The notes below the pieces were generated by a model. That model was not told the DNA's origin and did not search any database. It worked only from the letters and a program-made list of their open reading frames with translations. Both the position numbers and the translations under genes were made by a program. Of a stretch of 64,000 bases of DNA, positions 1 through 11,821 are shown in pieces; within the stretch, counting starts at the first letter, position 1, and each line of letters opens with the position of its first letter. Source of the stretch: an uncultured Actinomycetes bacterium (GTDB lineage Bacteria; Actinomycetota; Acidimicrobiia; Spongiisociales; DATADW01); the NCBI GenBank assembly GCA_963824995.1, contig CAWGRK010000006.1:194273-258272 (forward strand), given 5' to 3'.

Positions 1-487
1 TCATCCTGGTGATCGGATTGCTCGGGTGGACGACGACTGCCCGCCTGGTCCGGTCGCAGACGCTCTCGGTGCGGGAGCGGGGCTACGTCAAGCGGGCGAG
101 GGCGGTGGGCGCCTCGGACTTCCACATTCTCAGCCGCCACGTCTTCCCGCTCGTGCTCCCACTGATGCTGGCCAACACGGTGCTGGTCATCTCGCTCTCG
201 ATCCTCTCCGAGTCGACGCTCGCCTTCATCGGTCTCGGGGATCCACTCCTCATCTCGTGGGGCAAGATGCTCAACCTCGCCTTCACCCGCGGCGCGGTCT
301 CGGCGGGCGCGTGGTGGGCACTGCTCCCGCCGGGTCTCGCCATCGTCTGGGTGGTACTCGGCACCACGCTGCTCGGGACCGCTCTCGAGGAGTTGCTCAA
401 CCCGAAGCTGATCCGTCATCACCTGGAGAAGGAGCGGCCGCTCAAGGTCGCTCCAGCGGCCCTGGCGCCGTCCCAATCCCGAGTTGA
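1..487 (+). CDS. Peptide/nickel ABC transporter permease (OppC/DppC-like), 5' partial; 3' end uncertain
   Basis: EAA-type loop (YVKRARAVGASDFHILSRHVFP), SWGKML and WWALLPPG motifs; directly upstream of two ABC ATPases. Confidence 0.85.
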   Translation, partial: HPGDRIARVDDDCPPGPVADALGAGAGLRQAGEGGGRLGLPHSQPPRLPARAPTDAGQHGAGHLALDPLRVDARLHRSRGSTPHLVGQDAQPRLHPRRGLGGRVVGTAPAGSRHRLGGTRHHAARDRSRGVAQPEADPSSPGEGAAAQGRSSGPGAVPIPS

Positions 488-1474
488 TGCTGGCGGTGCG
501 GGGTCTCTCCGTCGGTTACGAGTCGCCGGGTGGTGTTCTCACCGCGGTCGAGGACGTCGGGTTCGAACTCCGCCGCGGCGAGGTGCTTGGCCTGGTGGGC
601 GAGTCGGGTTGCGGCAAGACCACGGCGGTGATGGGTGCCCTCAGGCTGCTCCCCCCGTCGGGGCAGGTCACCGCCGGTGAGGTGCTGTTCGAGGGCCAGG
701 ACCTCACCCGGCTCGACGCCGACGCCTTGCGGGACCTGAGGTGGAAGCGGCTGGCGGTCGTGTTCCAGGGGGCGATGAATGCCCTCAACCCGGTGCGTCG
801 GGTTGGAGCACCAGATCACCGAGGCGATTCGGCTCCACGAGCCATCGGTGAGCCAGGCGGCTGCCGACGACCGGGCGAAGCGGCTACTCCAGCGGGTCGG
901 TATCGGGCCCGAACGGATCAACGACTATCCACACACCCTATCGGGCGGGATGAGACAGCGGGCGATGATCGCCTTGGCCCTGGCATGCGAGCCTTCTCTC
1001 ATAATCGCCGACGAGCCGACCACGGCTCTCGACGTGATGATCCAGGCACAGATCCTGGAACTGCTCGCCGAACTGGTCGACGAGATGGACATGAGCATGA
1101 TCGTCGTCACCCACGACCTCGGCGTGGTTGCGCAGACATGTGACCGCGTCGTGGTGATGTACGGAGGCGTGGTTGCCGAGCAGGGGCTGGTCGCCGAGGT
1201 GTTCGCCTCACCCCGCCACCCCTATACGCAACTGCTGCTCGAGGCATTTCCCGACATGGATCATCCCGACCGACCGCTGGTGGCGATCCCAGGTTCTCCG
1301 CCTCGGCTCAACGAGCTACCTCCCGGATGCCGGTTCGCCCCGCGTTGCCCGTTCGTGTTCGACCGGTGCCGGCACGAGCAGCCTCCGCTCTACTGGGCGG
1401 GCGAATCCAGTGCCGCCTCGTGCTTCCTGTTGGAGGCACCCCTGCAGCCGGTGAATGATGGCGACGATGTCTGA
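487..1474 (+). CDS. Peptide ABC transporter ATP-binding protein (OppD/DppD-like), frameshift near 805
   Basis: Walker A GESGCGKT in ORF 484..1143; [20 protein letters not shown] and C-terminal GCRFAPRC in ORF 779..1474. Confidence 0.9.
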
Positions 1475-2465
1475 GCGCACGCCCGTCCTCGAGGTGGAGG
1501 ACGTCGCCGTCCAGTTCGCCACCAGCCGCGGCATGTTCGACGGCATGCGACGGCGCCCGGTGCGTGTGGTGCGCGCCGTGGACGGGGTCAGTTTCAGCGT
1601 CGTTCCGGGCGAGGTCCTCGCCGTGGTGGGTGAGTCCGGGTGCGGGAAGACCACGACGGCGAACCTGATACTCGGGCTGATCAAGCCGACGAGGGGACGA
1701 GTCGTGGTTGCCGGTGACGACCTCGCCGTGCTCGACAAGGACGCGATGCGGGCCAAGCGGCGCCGTCTGCAGATGATCTTCCAGGACCCATACGAGTCGC
1801 TCAACCCCCGCATGAGGGTGGCCGACATCGTCGCCGAGCCCCTGAGGGTCCACAAGGTGGCCACCGACCGCGCCGACGAGCGCCACCGGGTGGAGAGGGC
1901 GCTGGTACAGGCTGGACTGAGCCCACCGGATGTCTACTGGGACCGCCGTCCCCACCAGTTGTCGGGTGGACAGAGACAGCGGGTGGTCATCGCCGCCGCC
2001 CTCGCCCTCGAACCTCAGGTCCTCATCGCAGACGAGCCGGTGTCGATGCTCGACGTCTCCATCCGGGCCGAGATCCTCAACCTGCTTGCCCGGCTCGCAT
2101 CCGAGCAGGGCATCGCCGTCCTCATGATCACCCACGACCTCTCGACCGTGGCCGCCTACAGCCACCGGGTTGCGGTGATGTACCTGGGGCGGGTGGTCGA
2201 GATCGGCCCCACCACGGAGGTGCTGACGGCGCCGCGTCATCCGTACACCGAGGCGCTGCTGTCGGTGGTGCCCGTACCCGACCCTGCCAGGAGGACCCGT
2301 CCCATCGTGCTCGTCGGCGAGACCCCCGACCCGTCACGGATCGCTCCCGGGTGCCGGTTCCATCCCCGATGCCCCCGCGCTTTCGACCAGTGCCCCATCG
2401 TCGATCCCCCGCTCGAGGCGGTGGGCACCGATCACCTCGCTGCCTGTCTGCTCAACAGCCGATGA
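1467..2465 (+). CDS. Peptide ABC transporter ATP-binding protein (OppF/DppF-like)
   Basis: [49 protein letters not shown]. Confidence 0.93.
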   Translation: MSERTPVLEVEDVAVQFATSRGMFDGMRRRPVRVVRAVDGVSFSVVPGEVLAVVGESGCGKTTTANLILGLIKPTRGRVVVAGDDLAVLDKDAMRAKRRRLQMIFQDPYESLNPRMRVADIVAEPLRVHKVATDRADERHRVERALVQAGLSPPDVYWDRRPHQLSGGQRQRVVIAAALALEPQVLIADEPVSMLDVSIRAEILNLLARLASEQGIAVLMITHDLSTVAAYSHRVAVMYLGRVVEIGPTTEVLTAPRHPYTEALLSVVPVPDPARRTRPIVLVGETPDPSRIAPGCRFHPRCPRAFDQCPIVDPPLEAVGTDHLAACLLNSR

Positions 2466-3528
2466 GCAGCCGCCCGCGGATCCGGCAACTGGGCGTCGAG
2501 ATCGGCGACCTCCCCACCGGCGAGCAACAACGCCATCACCGACGTCCCCGGGGTGTGGGTGGGACACGCCACGGTGATCCGTGACGAGCCCACGGTGGCG
2601 CGCACCGGGGTGACGATGGTGGTCCCGAGGGAGAACAGGATCTGGGAGGACTACGCCTTCGCCGGGCACCACATCTTCAACGGCAACGGTGAGATGACCG
2701 GGCTGCCCTGGCTGGAGGAGTCGGGGATGCTCGGGTCGGCCATCGGGATCACCAACACCCATCAGGTCGGTCTGGTGCGCGATGCGCTCGTCGCCTTCGG
2801 GGTGGAAGCCGGGTACGCCGATCCCTTCGATCTGCCGGTTGTCGCCGAGACCTATGACGGCTGGCTGAGCGACGCCGGCTCCTTTCCCCTCATAGCGGAG
2901 GACGCAAGGGCAGCGCTTGACGCGGCGTCCCCTGGCCCGGTGGTGGAGGGCAATGTCGGTGGCGGGACCGGGATGATCTGCCACGACTTCAAGGGGGGGA
3001 TCGGCACCTCCTCCCGGGTGGTGGACACGGCGGCGGGGAGCTTCACCGTCGGCGTCCTGGTCCAGGCCAACTACGGCGACCGGGAGACGCTGCGGGTCGA
3101 CGGACTGCCGCTTGGACGGGTCGATCGGAGCTGAGCACACCCCGCTCGCCTACCCGGACCAGGGCTCGATCATCGTGATACTCGCCACCGACGCCCCTTT
3201 GCTGCCTGTGCAGTGCCGGAGGCTGGCCAGGCGGGCGACCGTGGGTCTCTCCCGGGTCGGCGGGTACGGTCACAACGGGAGCGGCGACCTCTTCCTGGCC
3301 TTTGCAACGGGGAACTCTCTGCCGGCCGGCGAGCAGGTCAGCCACGATCTCGTGATGCTCCCCCACGGCCAGATGGACGTGGTGTTCGCCGCCGCGGCCG
3401 ATGCCACCGAGGAGGCAATCCTCAACGCGCTGACCGCGGCGGAGACGATGACGGGCTATCTGGGGCACACCGCCCACGCCCTCCCCCTCGATGCCGTCGA
3501 GGAGTTGGTGGCGCGCCGGCCCTGGTGA
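2462..3528 (+). CDS. P1/S58 family peptidase (DmpA/BapA-like), frameshifts near 2525 and 3125
   Basis: NAITDVPGVWVGH, NGNGEMTG, PVVAETYDG, EGNVGGGTGM, KGGIGTSSR, autoproteolysis site QG/SIIVILATDAPL, SGDLFLAF. Confidence 0.88.
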
Positions 3529-3531
3529 GGC

Positions 3532-4840
3532 TCAGCCGCGCAGCGCGGCGCCGAACCCGGCAAACGCATCGACGAACCGGTCGGCGTCGGCATCGTCGTG
3601 CTGCACCGACAGCAGCCATTGCAGCCCGCGGCCCCAAGGGAGAAGGAACACCCCCCGGTTGTACATGTGGAGCCAGGCGGCGCGGTGGTACCTCTGGTCG
3701 ACCTCGAGGAAGTCGCGGTGCTCGAGAACGGGTTCGCTTCGGAAGGTGATCGATCCCCTCGCCCCGAGCACGACAAGCTGCGCCGGCAGGTCCCAGTTCT
3801 CGACCGCCTGACGGAGTCCGTCGTCGATCGTCTTCGCCAGTCGGTTCAGATGTTGATAGGCCTCGTCGTCCAGCACCTGCATCACCGCCCGGCTAGCCGC
3901 CATGGAGAGCGGGTTGCCGTTGAACGTCCCCAGTTGCAGGTAGCTGCCGGAGATGATCTGATCCATGACCTCCTCGGTCCCCCCGGTGGCTCCCGCCGGC
4001 AGCCCACCGCCGAGCGACTTCGCCAGGCACACCAGATCGGGCTCTAGGCCGTACAGCCCGGTGGCCCCGCCCGGCCCGACGGTCAGCCCGGTCTTCACCT
4101 CGTCGAGGGCGAGCAGCGAGTCGTGGCTCCTGGTGAGGTCTCGGATGTGCTCCAGGATAGCCGGGCATCGGGGGGACGAGACCGCAAGCGGTGACGACCG
4201 GCTCGATCAGCACCCCGGCGATCTGGTCACCGTGCTCGGCGAACACCCGGTCCACGTCATCGAGATGGTTCCACCGGATCTCGAGGGTGAGCTGGCGCAT
4301 CGCATCGGGCACACCCGGCCCGGCCCGCACCGTGTCGTGATGACCGTGGTAGGCCCCCTCTGCCTTGACGATCAGGTCCCGTCCGGTGTGCGCCCTCATG
4401 AGGTGGACGGCGTCCATGGTCGCCTCGGTCCCCGAGCTGCCGAAACGCCACAACGGCAACCCGAAACGGTCCGATAGCTCGGCGGCGACCTCCGCCACCT
4501 CGGTGGTGGGCTGAGCGAAGTGTGACCCCCGACTGAGCCGTGCCTCGACGGCGGCGACCACTTCTGGGTGGGCATGCCCCACCACCAGGGCCCCGTACCC
4601 GTTGTTGAGGTCGACGTACTCGTTGCCGTCCAGGTCGGTCAGCCGCGACCCCTTCCCGTGGCTGGCCCAAACCGGGCTGGGCTCGGTGACCTGCAGGCTC
4701 GACGCCACCCCGCCCGCCAGGTGGGCCGATGCCTCCCCATGGGCGGCAATCGCCAGCGGCGCCCGCTCGAGGAACCGCTGCTCCTCGTCGGCGATCATCT
4801 GGTCGAGACGGTTCGATTGCATCTCCACATTCAACCTCAT
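3532..4840 (-). CDS. Class III PLP aminotransferase (glutamate-1-semialdehyde aminomutase-like), frameshift near 4165
   Basis: DLDGNEYVD, SSGTEAT, AYHGHHD, DEVKTG, PLP lysine in AKSLGGGLP, GTFNGNP. Confidence 0.85.
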
Positions 4841-4842
4841 CG

Positions 4843-4891
4843 GTTTTGGCGTCACTTGACGGGCAATCGCCGCGCTGAGTGACGCCAAAAC
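4843..4891. repeat. Palindromic dispersed repeat, family A (14-bp stem, 21-nt loop)
   Basis: GTTTTGGCGTCACT at 4843-4856 and its exact reverse complement at 4878-4891; homologous copy at 47469-47515. Confidence 0.8.
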
Positions 4892-4978
4892 GGCTGTGAC
4901 CCTTCCGTTACGTCGGCGCAACGCCATGGTTACGCCGGTGCCCGATGCTTGTCAGAGTCGCAACAAGAGGAGGAAACG

Positions 4979-5551
4979 ATGCGACGACTCGTCAAGACGA
5001 CGCTTCTGGGGTTGGTTGTAGCGCTGACGCTGGCAACGGTCCCCGCTCAGGCAGCACAGCCCTATTGCGGGCTTGTGTGGGGCTCGTTGCCCGAGAAGCA
5101 CAGGGTCAACACCTACACCGAAGCCCCATTGGAGAACCTCAGGGCCGGCCGGCACGAGTGCTACGACCGGATCGTGATCGACCTGGGCGCCGACCCGCAG
5201 GGGCGGCCCGCCGGCAAAGCAATCGGCTACCGGGTTGGGTATGTGTCATCGGTGCCCGACATCGAGACCGGGGGAACCATCCCCATCGCCGGGGGGGCGA
5301 TCCTGTCGATACAGGTCAACGCCCCGGCACACGACGACGATCTGCGACCCACCTATGACCCCGATGATCGCCTCCATGCCATCGACGTAGACGGCTTCCG
5401 GACTTTCCGTCAGGTTGCCTTCATGGGGACATTCGAGGGTCAGACCCAAGTGGTGCTCGGGGTGCGGGGCCGGTTGCCCTTCCGTGCCTTCGTCCTCGAC
5501 GGCCCTGGCGACGGCGCCAGGTTGGTGATCGACGTCGCCCATAAGTGGTGA
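4979..5551 (+). CDS. Secreted AMIN-like domain protein (actinobacterial type)
   Basis: GAGGAGG RBS, signal peptide ending PAQA, motifs RAGRHECYDRIVID, FEGQT..LGVR and RLVIDVAH. Confidence 0.75.
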   Translation: MRRLVKTTLLGLVVALTLATVPAQAAQPYCGLVWGSLPEKHRVNTYTEAPLENLRAGRHECYDRIVIDLGADPQGRPAGKAIGYRVGYVSSVPDIETGGTIPIAGGAILSIQVNAPAHDDDLRPTYDPDDRLHAIDVDGFRTFRQVAFMGTFEGQTQVVLGVRGRLPFRAFVLDGPGDGARLVIDVAHKW

Positions 5552-5566
5552 CGAGCCCTGCTCGTT

Positions 5567-5590
5567 GGGCCGGTGCGGATGCGCCGGCCC
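5567..5590. terminator. Probable hairpin terminator between convergent genes
   Basis: GGGCCGGTGC-GGAT-GCGCCGGCCC stem-loop between the two stop codons; no U tract. Confidence 0.5.
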
Positions 5591-5610
5591 TCGGGCGCGG
5601 CCTAGGTGAG

Positions 5611-6570
5611 CTAATCCGCTATTAACAGGATCCGACCGGCGCTCCCATCGGCTCGGTAGGCGTCGGCGGCTGCAGATAGCGGGAAGCGCTCACCTATCCG
5701 GGGACGGACCCGCCCCTCCGCCAGATCGTCGAGGACCTCCCGCATCAGCTGGGCCCTCCGTTCAGGCGTGGGCCGGTTGGTGTTCATCCCGAGCAGACGG
5801 TGCTCCTTGACCGACATCAGGGGAAGGTTGAAGTCGGCGTCGGTCCCAGCCGTGTAGCCGAGAACCACATGGCGGCAGCGCGGCCCGCCCGAGCGGATCG
5901 ACTCATCCATGTAGGGGCCCCCAACCGTGTCGATGATGGCGGCGACCCCAACACCTTCGGTCGCCTCTGACACCGCGTTGGCGAACCCATCGAACGAGAT
6001 CGCTTGGATACCCGGCCCGGTCTGGACCAGTTGCGGTCGGCGGGCGGCTGCGAGCACCTTCGCACCCAGCGAGACCGCCAACTGGATGGCGGCGGATCCG
6101 ACGGCCCCGGTTGCACCCAACACCAGGACGGTCTCACCGCTCTGCACCGCGGCGTGATCGACCAGCGCATAGCGGGCGGCAGTGGCGGAGGAGACACCCC
6201 CAGCGGCAGTCTCAGGGTCGAGCATGTCGGGAAGCGGGAACACCGCATCGTCGGGAGCGCTGACCACCTCGGCGAAGGTCCCCGGCGTCCGCGTCCCCAT
6301 CCCGTACGGCCCGCCGGATACATACACCAGGGCTCCCGCTGGGTGGAGACCGGACTCGATCACGGTTCCGGCAGCCGTTCCGCCGGGCAGCAGCGGCGGG
6401 GGCGGAACTCCCGGGATCTTGCCGGTGGCGATCTGGACGTCTATCGGGGCCACCTCGGCAGCCGCGAAGGCGACCAGGGTCCTTCCCGGCGCGGGCTCCG
6501 GATCGGGGATCTCGATGGTGCTGAGCGAAGGCTCTGACCCGATCGAGCTCAGCTGGACGGCGTGGGGCAC
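5611..6570 (-). CDS. NADPH:quinone oxidoreductase family (MDR) protein
   Basis: GETVLVLGATGAVGSAAIQLA nucleotide-binding motif, IIDTVGG, FPLSAAADA. Confidence 0.85.
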   Translation of the reverse strand: MPHAVQLSSIGSEPSLSTIEIPDPEPAPGRTLVAFAAAEVAPIDVQIATGKIPGVPPPPLLPGGTAAGTVIESGLHPAGALVYVSGGPYGMGTRTPGTFAEVVSAPDDAVFPLPDMLDPETAAGGVSSATAARYALVDHAAVQSGETVLVLGATGAVGSAAIQLAVSLGAKVLAAARRPQLVQTGPGIQAISFDGFANAVSEATEGVGVAAIIDTVGGPYMDESIRSGGPRCRHVVLGYTAGTDADFNLPLMSVKEHRLLGMNTNRPTPERRAQLMREVLDDLAEGRVRPRIGERFPLSAAADAYRADGSAGRILLIAD

Positions 6571-6583
6571 CAGGTGAGGCTAC

Positions 6584-7184
6584 CTAGGTCCCGATCTCAC
6601 CAGCAGCGTGGCGAATTCGGGACTGGAGAGCAGATGGAACTCGCTGATCACTTCGACCAGCCCGGCGGAACTGCGCCAACTCGGCTATCCGCCGGGGGGT
6701 GAATCGATGACAATGGACCTGGCGTGCCCGGAGCGGGTTGCCGTGGAGGATCACGGCGCTGGGAACGGCGTAGAGGCCCCGCACGGGCTCGGCCGGGTAG
6801 ACGAGCATCACACTCCCCCCAGGCGGACGACGCGGCTCATCTCGGCGAGGGCCTTGCCTGGCATCGGGAATGTGCTCGATGGCGTGCATCGAGTACACCT
6901 GATCGAAGGAGCGTCCGGGAACTCGAGATCGGTGGCACTCATGGCGAGCGGACGTTCCGGGTCACTGCGATCGCCGCCGCCTCCGGGTTGACGTCGATCC
7001 CGATGGCGTCGATCCCCTGGTCCTGGACCCGGCGGAGGAGATGACCCCGACCACACCCCACTTCGAGAAGCCGCATTCCCGGCGCCGGAGCCAGCAGCCG
7101 GCGAAGGTGGCCAGATGCCGTGGGTCCCAGACGGTTGGCCGAGGCGTAGCGGACGGAGTCGTATGCGGTGGTCGCGGTGACCAT
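6584..7184 (-). CDS. Class I SAM-dependent methyltransferase, frameshifted
   Basis: LLEVGCGRG motif I, GIDVNP, LEFPDA, SMHAIEHIP and EMSRVV..GG spread over three frames. Confidence 0.75.
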
Positions 7185-7187
7185 TGC

Positions 7188-7898
7188 TCAGGCGAGCTGT
7201 TGCTCGAGCTCGTCGAGACCCGGGAAGGCCGGATCGGCCTTTTCCACGGCCCGCATGAGCTTGCCGTCCCGGCATCACGGTCATCGAGCGCCGCGGCCAC
7301 CCGGGCGGCCACGTACCAGCGCCGAAGCTCGGATTCACCGGGTTGGGCGATGAGCTTGCCCGGCTTGATCACCGACCACGCCTTGCGGGCATCACCCTGG
7401 TCGAGCAGGAACGATGCGTACACGACGCGGGCCTCGTCCTCGGTCTGACGGGAACCTCCGAGCTCCCGCCAAAGCTCCCATGTCTTGGTCACGTCGTCGG
7501 CCCGGCCCAGGGCGCGGAGCGAGTCCATCTCCACGGGCATATGGGTGGTGTCGCCGGTCAGCCGCCGAAAGGTGCGCAACTCGCTGAGGGCGATCTTCCA
7601 CTGGCCGGTGCGGTATGCACTCAATCCGAGCAATTCGCGCACCGTCGCCGTGCGTGGGGAGAGCGTCTTCGTCTCGAGCAGTTTCGACATGGCGGCACGG
7701 AAGCGGCCCTCGGAGAAGGCGACGGCGGCGGCAGGTGAGTAGTTGGAGGGCGGCGTCGCGCCGTTCCTTTGGCGTGACCCGCACCAGTTCGTCGCGCACC
7801 CAACGTGGGAGCTCGGCGCCGCCCTTCTGCAAGCTGGACCGGCTTGCGCGCCGGCTCGCCGCGGGTGTCGCGGCGTTGGCCCCGCCGATCGTCGCCAT
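7188..7898 (-). CDS. TPR-like helical repeat protein, frameshifted
   Basis: LPRWVRDEL, VRELLGLSAYRTGQWKIALSELRTFRRLTG; similar genes commonly follow rrn in Actinobacteria. Confidence 0.7.
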
Positions 7899-7961
7899 AT
7901 TCACCCCGTACGGGGAGGTTGACGGCGATCCGACATGTGAAGTCATCTCCTCGAACGCGTC

Positions 7962-7989
7962 GTGGGGGCCGCCGCTCGGCGACCCCCAC
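7962..7989 (-). terminator. Hairpin downstream of 5S rRNA (probable rrn terminator)
   Basis: GTGGGGGTCGCC-GAGC-GGCGGCCCCCAC stem-loop about 10 nt after the 5S 3' end. Confidence 0.6.
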
Positions 7990-7998
7990 CGAATAGAC

Positions 7999-8115
<117 letters not shown>

Positions 8116-8396
8116 CGAAACCGAGCGTGCCCGGCACCCCGAGCACTCCATAGCGAGCACGTGTTTTTGGATTCAGTACAAGCCCTCGGCTGATTAGTAC
8201 CGGTCGGCTGAGCACATTACTGCGCTTACACCTCCGGCCTATCGACCTGGTCATCTACCAGGAGCCTTACCGGGTTAACCCCGTGGGAAACCTGATCTCG
8301 AGGTGGGCTTCGCACTTAGATGCCTTCAGCGCTTATCCCGTCCGTACGTAGCCAACCAGCCGTGCCCTTGGCAGGACAACTGGCACACCAGAGGTA

Positions 8397-8428
<32 letters not shown>

Positions 8429-8455
8429 CTCCTCTCAAGTTTCCTGCGCCTGCGA

Positions 8456-8487
<32 letters not shown>

Positions 8488-8506
8488 AAACCCAGCTCGC
8501 GTGCCG

Positions 8507-8538
<32 letters not shown>

Positions 8539-8539
8539 A

Positions 8540-8588
<49 letters not shown>

Positions 8589-9094
8589 CCGTCGATATGG
8601 ACTCTTGGGCGCGATGAGCCTGTTATCCCCGGAGTACCTTTTAGCCGTTGAGCCATGGCGCACCCACGTGCCACCATGGGATCACTAAGCCCGACTTTCG
8701 TCCCTGCTCGACTTGTAGGTCTCGCAGTCAAGCTCCCTTGTGCCTTTACACTCAACGCCTGATTGCCGACCAGGCTGAGGGAACCTTTGGGCGCCTCCGT
8801 TACCGTTTAGGAGGCCACCGCCCCAGTGAAACTGCCCGCCAGACACTGTCCCTAATCCGGATAACGGATCGAGGTTAGAAGCCCGTCATGAGAAGGGTGG
8901 TATTTCAAGGGTGACTCCACACGAGCTGGCGCCCGCGCTTCCCAGTCTCCCACCTATCCTACACATCACATGCCAGACTCCAATGTCAAGCTGCAGTAAA
9001 GGTTCCGGGGTCTTTCCGTCCTGTCGCAGGTAGTGAGCATCTTTACTCACAATGCAATTTCACCGAGTCCCTGGTTGAGACAGTGCCCAAGTCG

Positions 9095-9953
<859 letters not shown>

Positions 9954-9959
9954 ACCTTA

Positions 9960-10143
9960 CCTGGAACACGGGCTGAAGCTGCCAGCCGCCGGTTCGAGCG
10001 GCCGAGTGCATTCGGCTGAACACTCACGTCGCCAGAAAGCAGCCTTCGCCATCTGACCGAAGCCGACGACCCACATCGGATCGAGGCTCTGGTGATCCGG
10101 TTTCCTGCTGATTGTCCGCACCGAACGGATTGTCACTGCTCAT
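9960..10143 (-). pseudogene. N-terminal fragment of the LAGLIDADG homing endonuclease of the L1923 intron
   Basis: MSSDNPFGADNQQET, WVVGF-(frameshift)-DGEGCF, then GWQLQPVFQV running directly into the rRNA exon. Confidence 0.8.
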
Positions 10144-10241
10144 GTCTGACACTCTACGAATAGGGTGTGACATGAACGAGTACCGTCGGATACTCGGAGT
10201 TCCCAGCATACAGCGAGGTTTTGCAACCGCCATATTGGTTG
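9960..10241 (-). mobile_element. Group I intron at 23S position L1923, 3'-truncated (about 282 nt)
   Basis: Follows UAACUAUAACCGU; P1 AACCGU|C pairs with GGCGGUU (10225-10231) with U.G wobble; P AUGCUGGGAA (10200-10209), Q AAUCAGCAGG (10104-10113); no R, S or P9 before UAAGGU at 9959-9954. Confidence 0.85.
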
Positions 10242-11152
10242 ACGGTTATAGTTACCGCCGCCGTTTACCGGGGCTTGGATTCAAAGCTTCGTCCCCGAAG
10301 GGACTAACCTCTCCTCTTGACCTTCCGGCACCGGGCAGGCGTCACAGCGTATACGTCGTCTTGCGACTTAGCACGCTGCTGTGTTTTTAGTAAACAGTCG
10401 CTTGGGCCTGGTCACTGCGGCCCCCTCAGGCTTCGGACGCGAAGTCCTACACCTTACCGGGGCGCCCCTTCTCCCGAAGTTACGGGGCAAATTTGCCGAA
10501 TTCCTTAACCAGGGTTCTCTCGCTCGCCTTGGTATTCTCTACCTGTCCACCTGTGTCGGTTTGGGGTACGGGCACCGAACGAACTCGCTAGAGGGTTTTC
10601 TCGACGGCATGGGCGTTCAGCGGCTTCGCCTAGAGCGGCTCGGCATCACGCCTCAGGCTTAATGAGGTCCGGATTTGCCTGGACCTCGCCCTACACGCTT
10701 ACCCCGGGTCAACCGACGCCCGGGTCCGCTTACCCTTCCGTGTCACCTCATCGCTGGCCTAATACCGGTGGGGTCGGTAGGCCCCGAAGGGCTTTCCTTA
10801 GCACACCAGGTTCAGCCTGGTCGCGCGTTCGGTGGTACGGGAATATCAACCCGTTATCCATCGACTACGCCTCTCGGCCTCGCCTTAGGTCCCGACTAAC
10901 CCTGGGCGGACGAACCTTCCCCAGGAACCCTTGGACATTCGGCGGAGGAGATTCTCACTCCTCTTTCGCTACTCATGCCGGCATTCGCACTCGAACAGCC
11001 TCCACAGCTAGCTCACGCTGCCGCTTCAGCGGCTGCTCGACGCTCCCCTACCGATCCCGTCGCCTAGACCCGCACCCACAAGGGGTACGGGCCGAGCTGT
11101 ATGACGGAATCCCGCAGCTTCGGTGCTGGACTTAAGCCCCGTTACATCTTCC

Positions 11153-11219
<67 letters not shown>

Positions 11220-11268
11220 ACTGGCTGTTTGTGCAACTCCACATCGTTTACCACTTAGTCCAGACTTT

Positions 11269-11301
<33 letters not shown>

Positions 11302-11790
11302 CTCGACTACGAAGCTCATCCCCCGCAGTCTCACTGCCGCGCTCTAACGCCATGGGATTCGGAGTTTGACTGAGTTCGGTAAGCTTGTTGGCCCCCTAGC
11401 CCAATCAGTGCTCTACCCCCATGGCGAAACGCACGACGCTGCCCCTAAAGGCATTTCGGGGAGAACCAGCTATCACCGAGTTTGCTTGGCCTTTCACCCC
11501 TATCCACAGGTCATCCCCCAAGTTTTCAACCTTGGTGGGTTCGGGCCTCCACGAGGTCTTACCCTCGCTTCACCCTGCCCATGGATAGATCACTCGGCTT
11601 CGGGTCTAGGACACGCGACTGTACGCCCTATTAAGACTCGCTTTCGCTGCGGCTACGGCTCAACGCCTTAACCTTGCCACGTATCGCTAACTCGCCGGCT
11701 CATTCTTCAAAAGGCAGGCGGTCAGGAGCCGAAGCCCCCTCCCACTGCTTGTAGGTCCGCGGTTTCAGGTACTATTTCACCCCCCTCACC

Positions 11791-11821
<31 letters not shown>

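Noticed and set aside
10760..10830. Extra sequence in 23S domain III as a possible third intron
   Set aside because: No group I core elements; consistent with the known actinobacterial domain III insertion.
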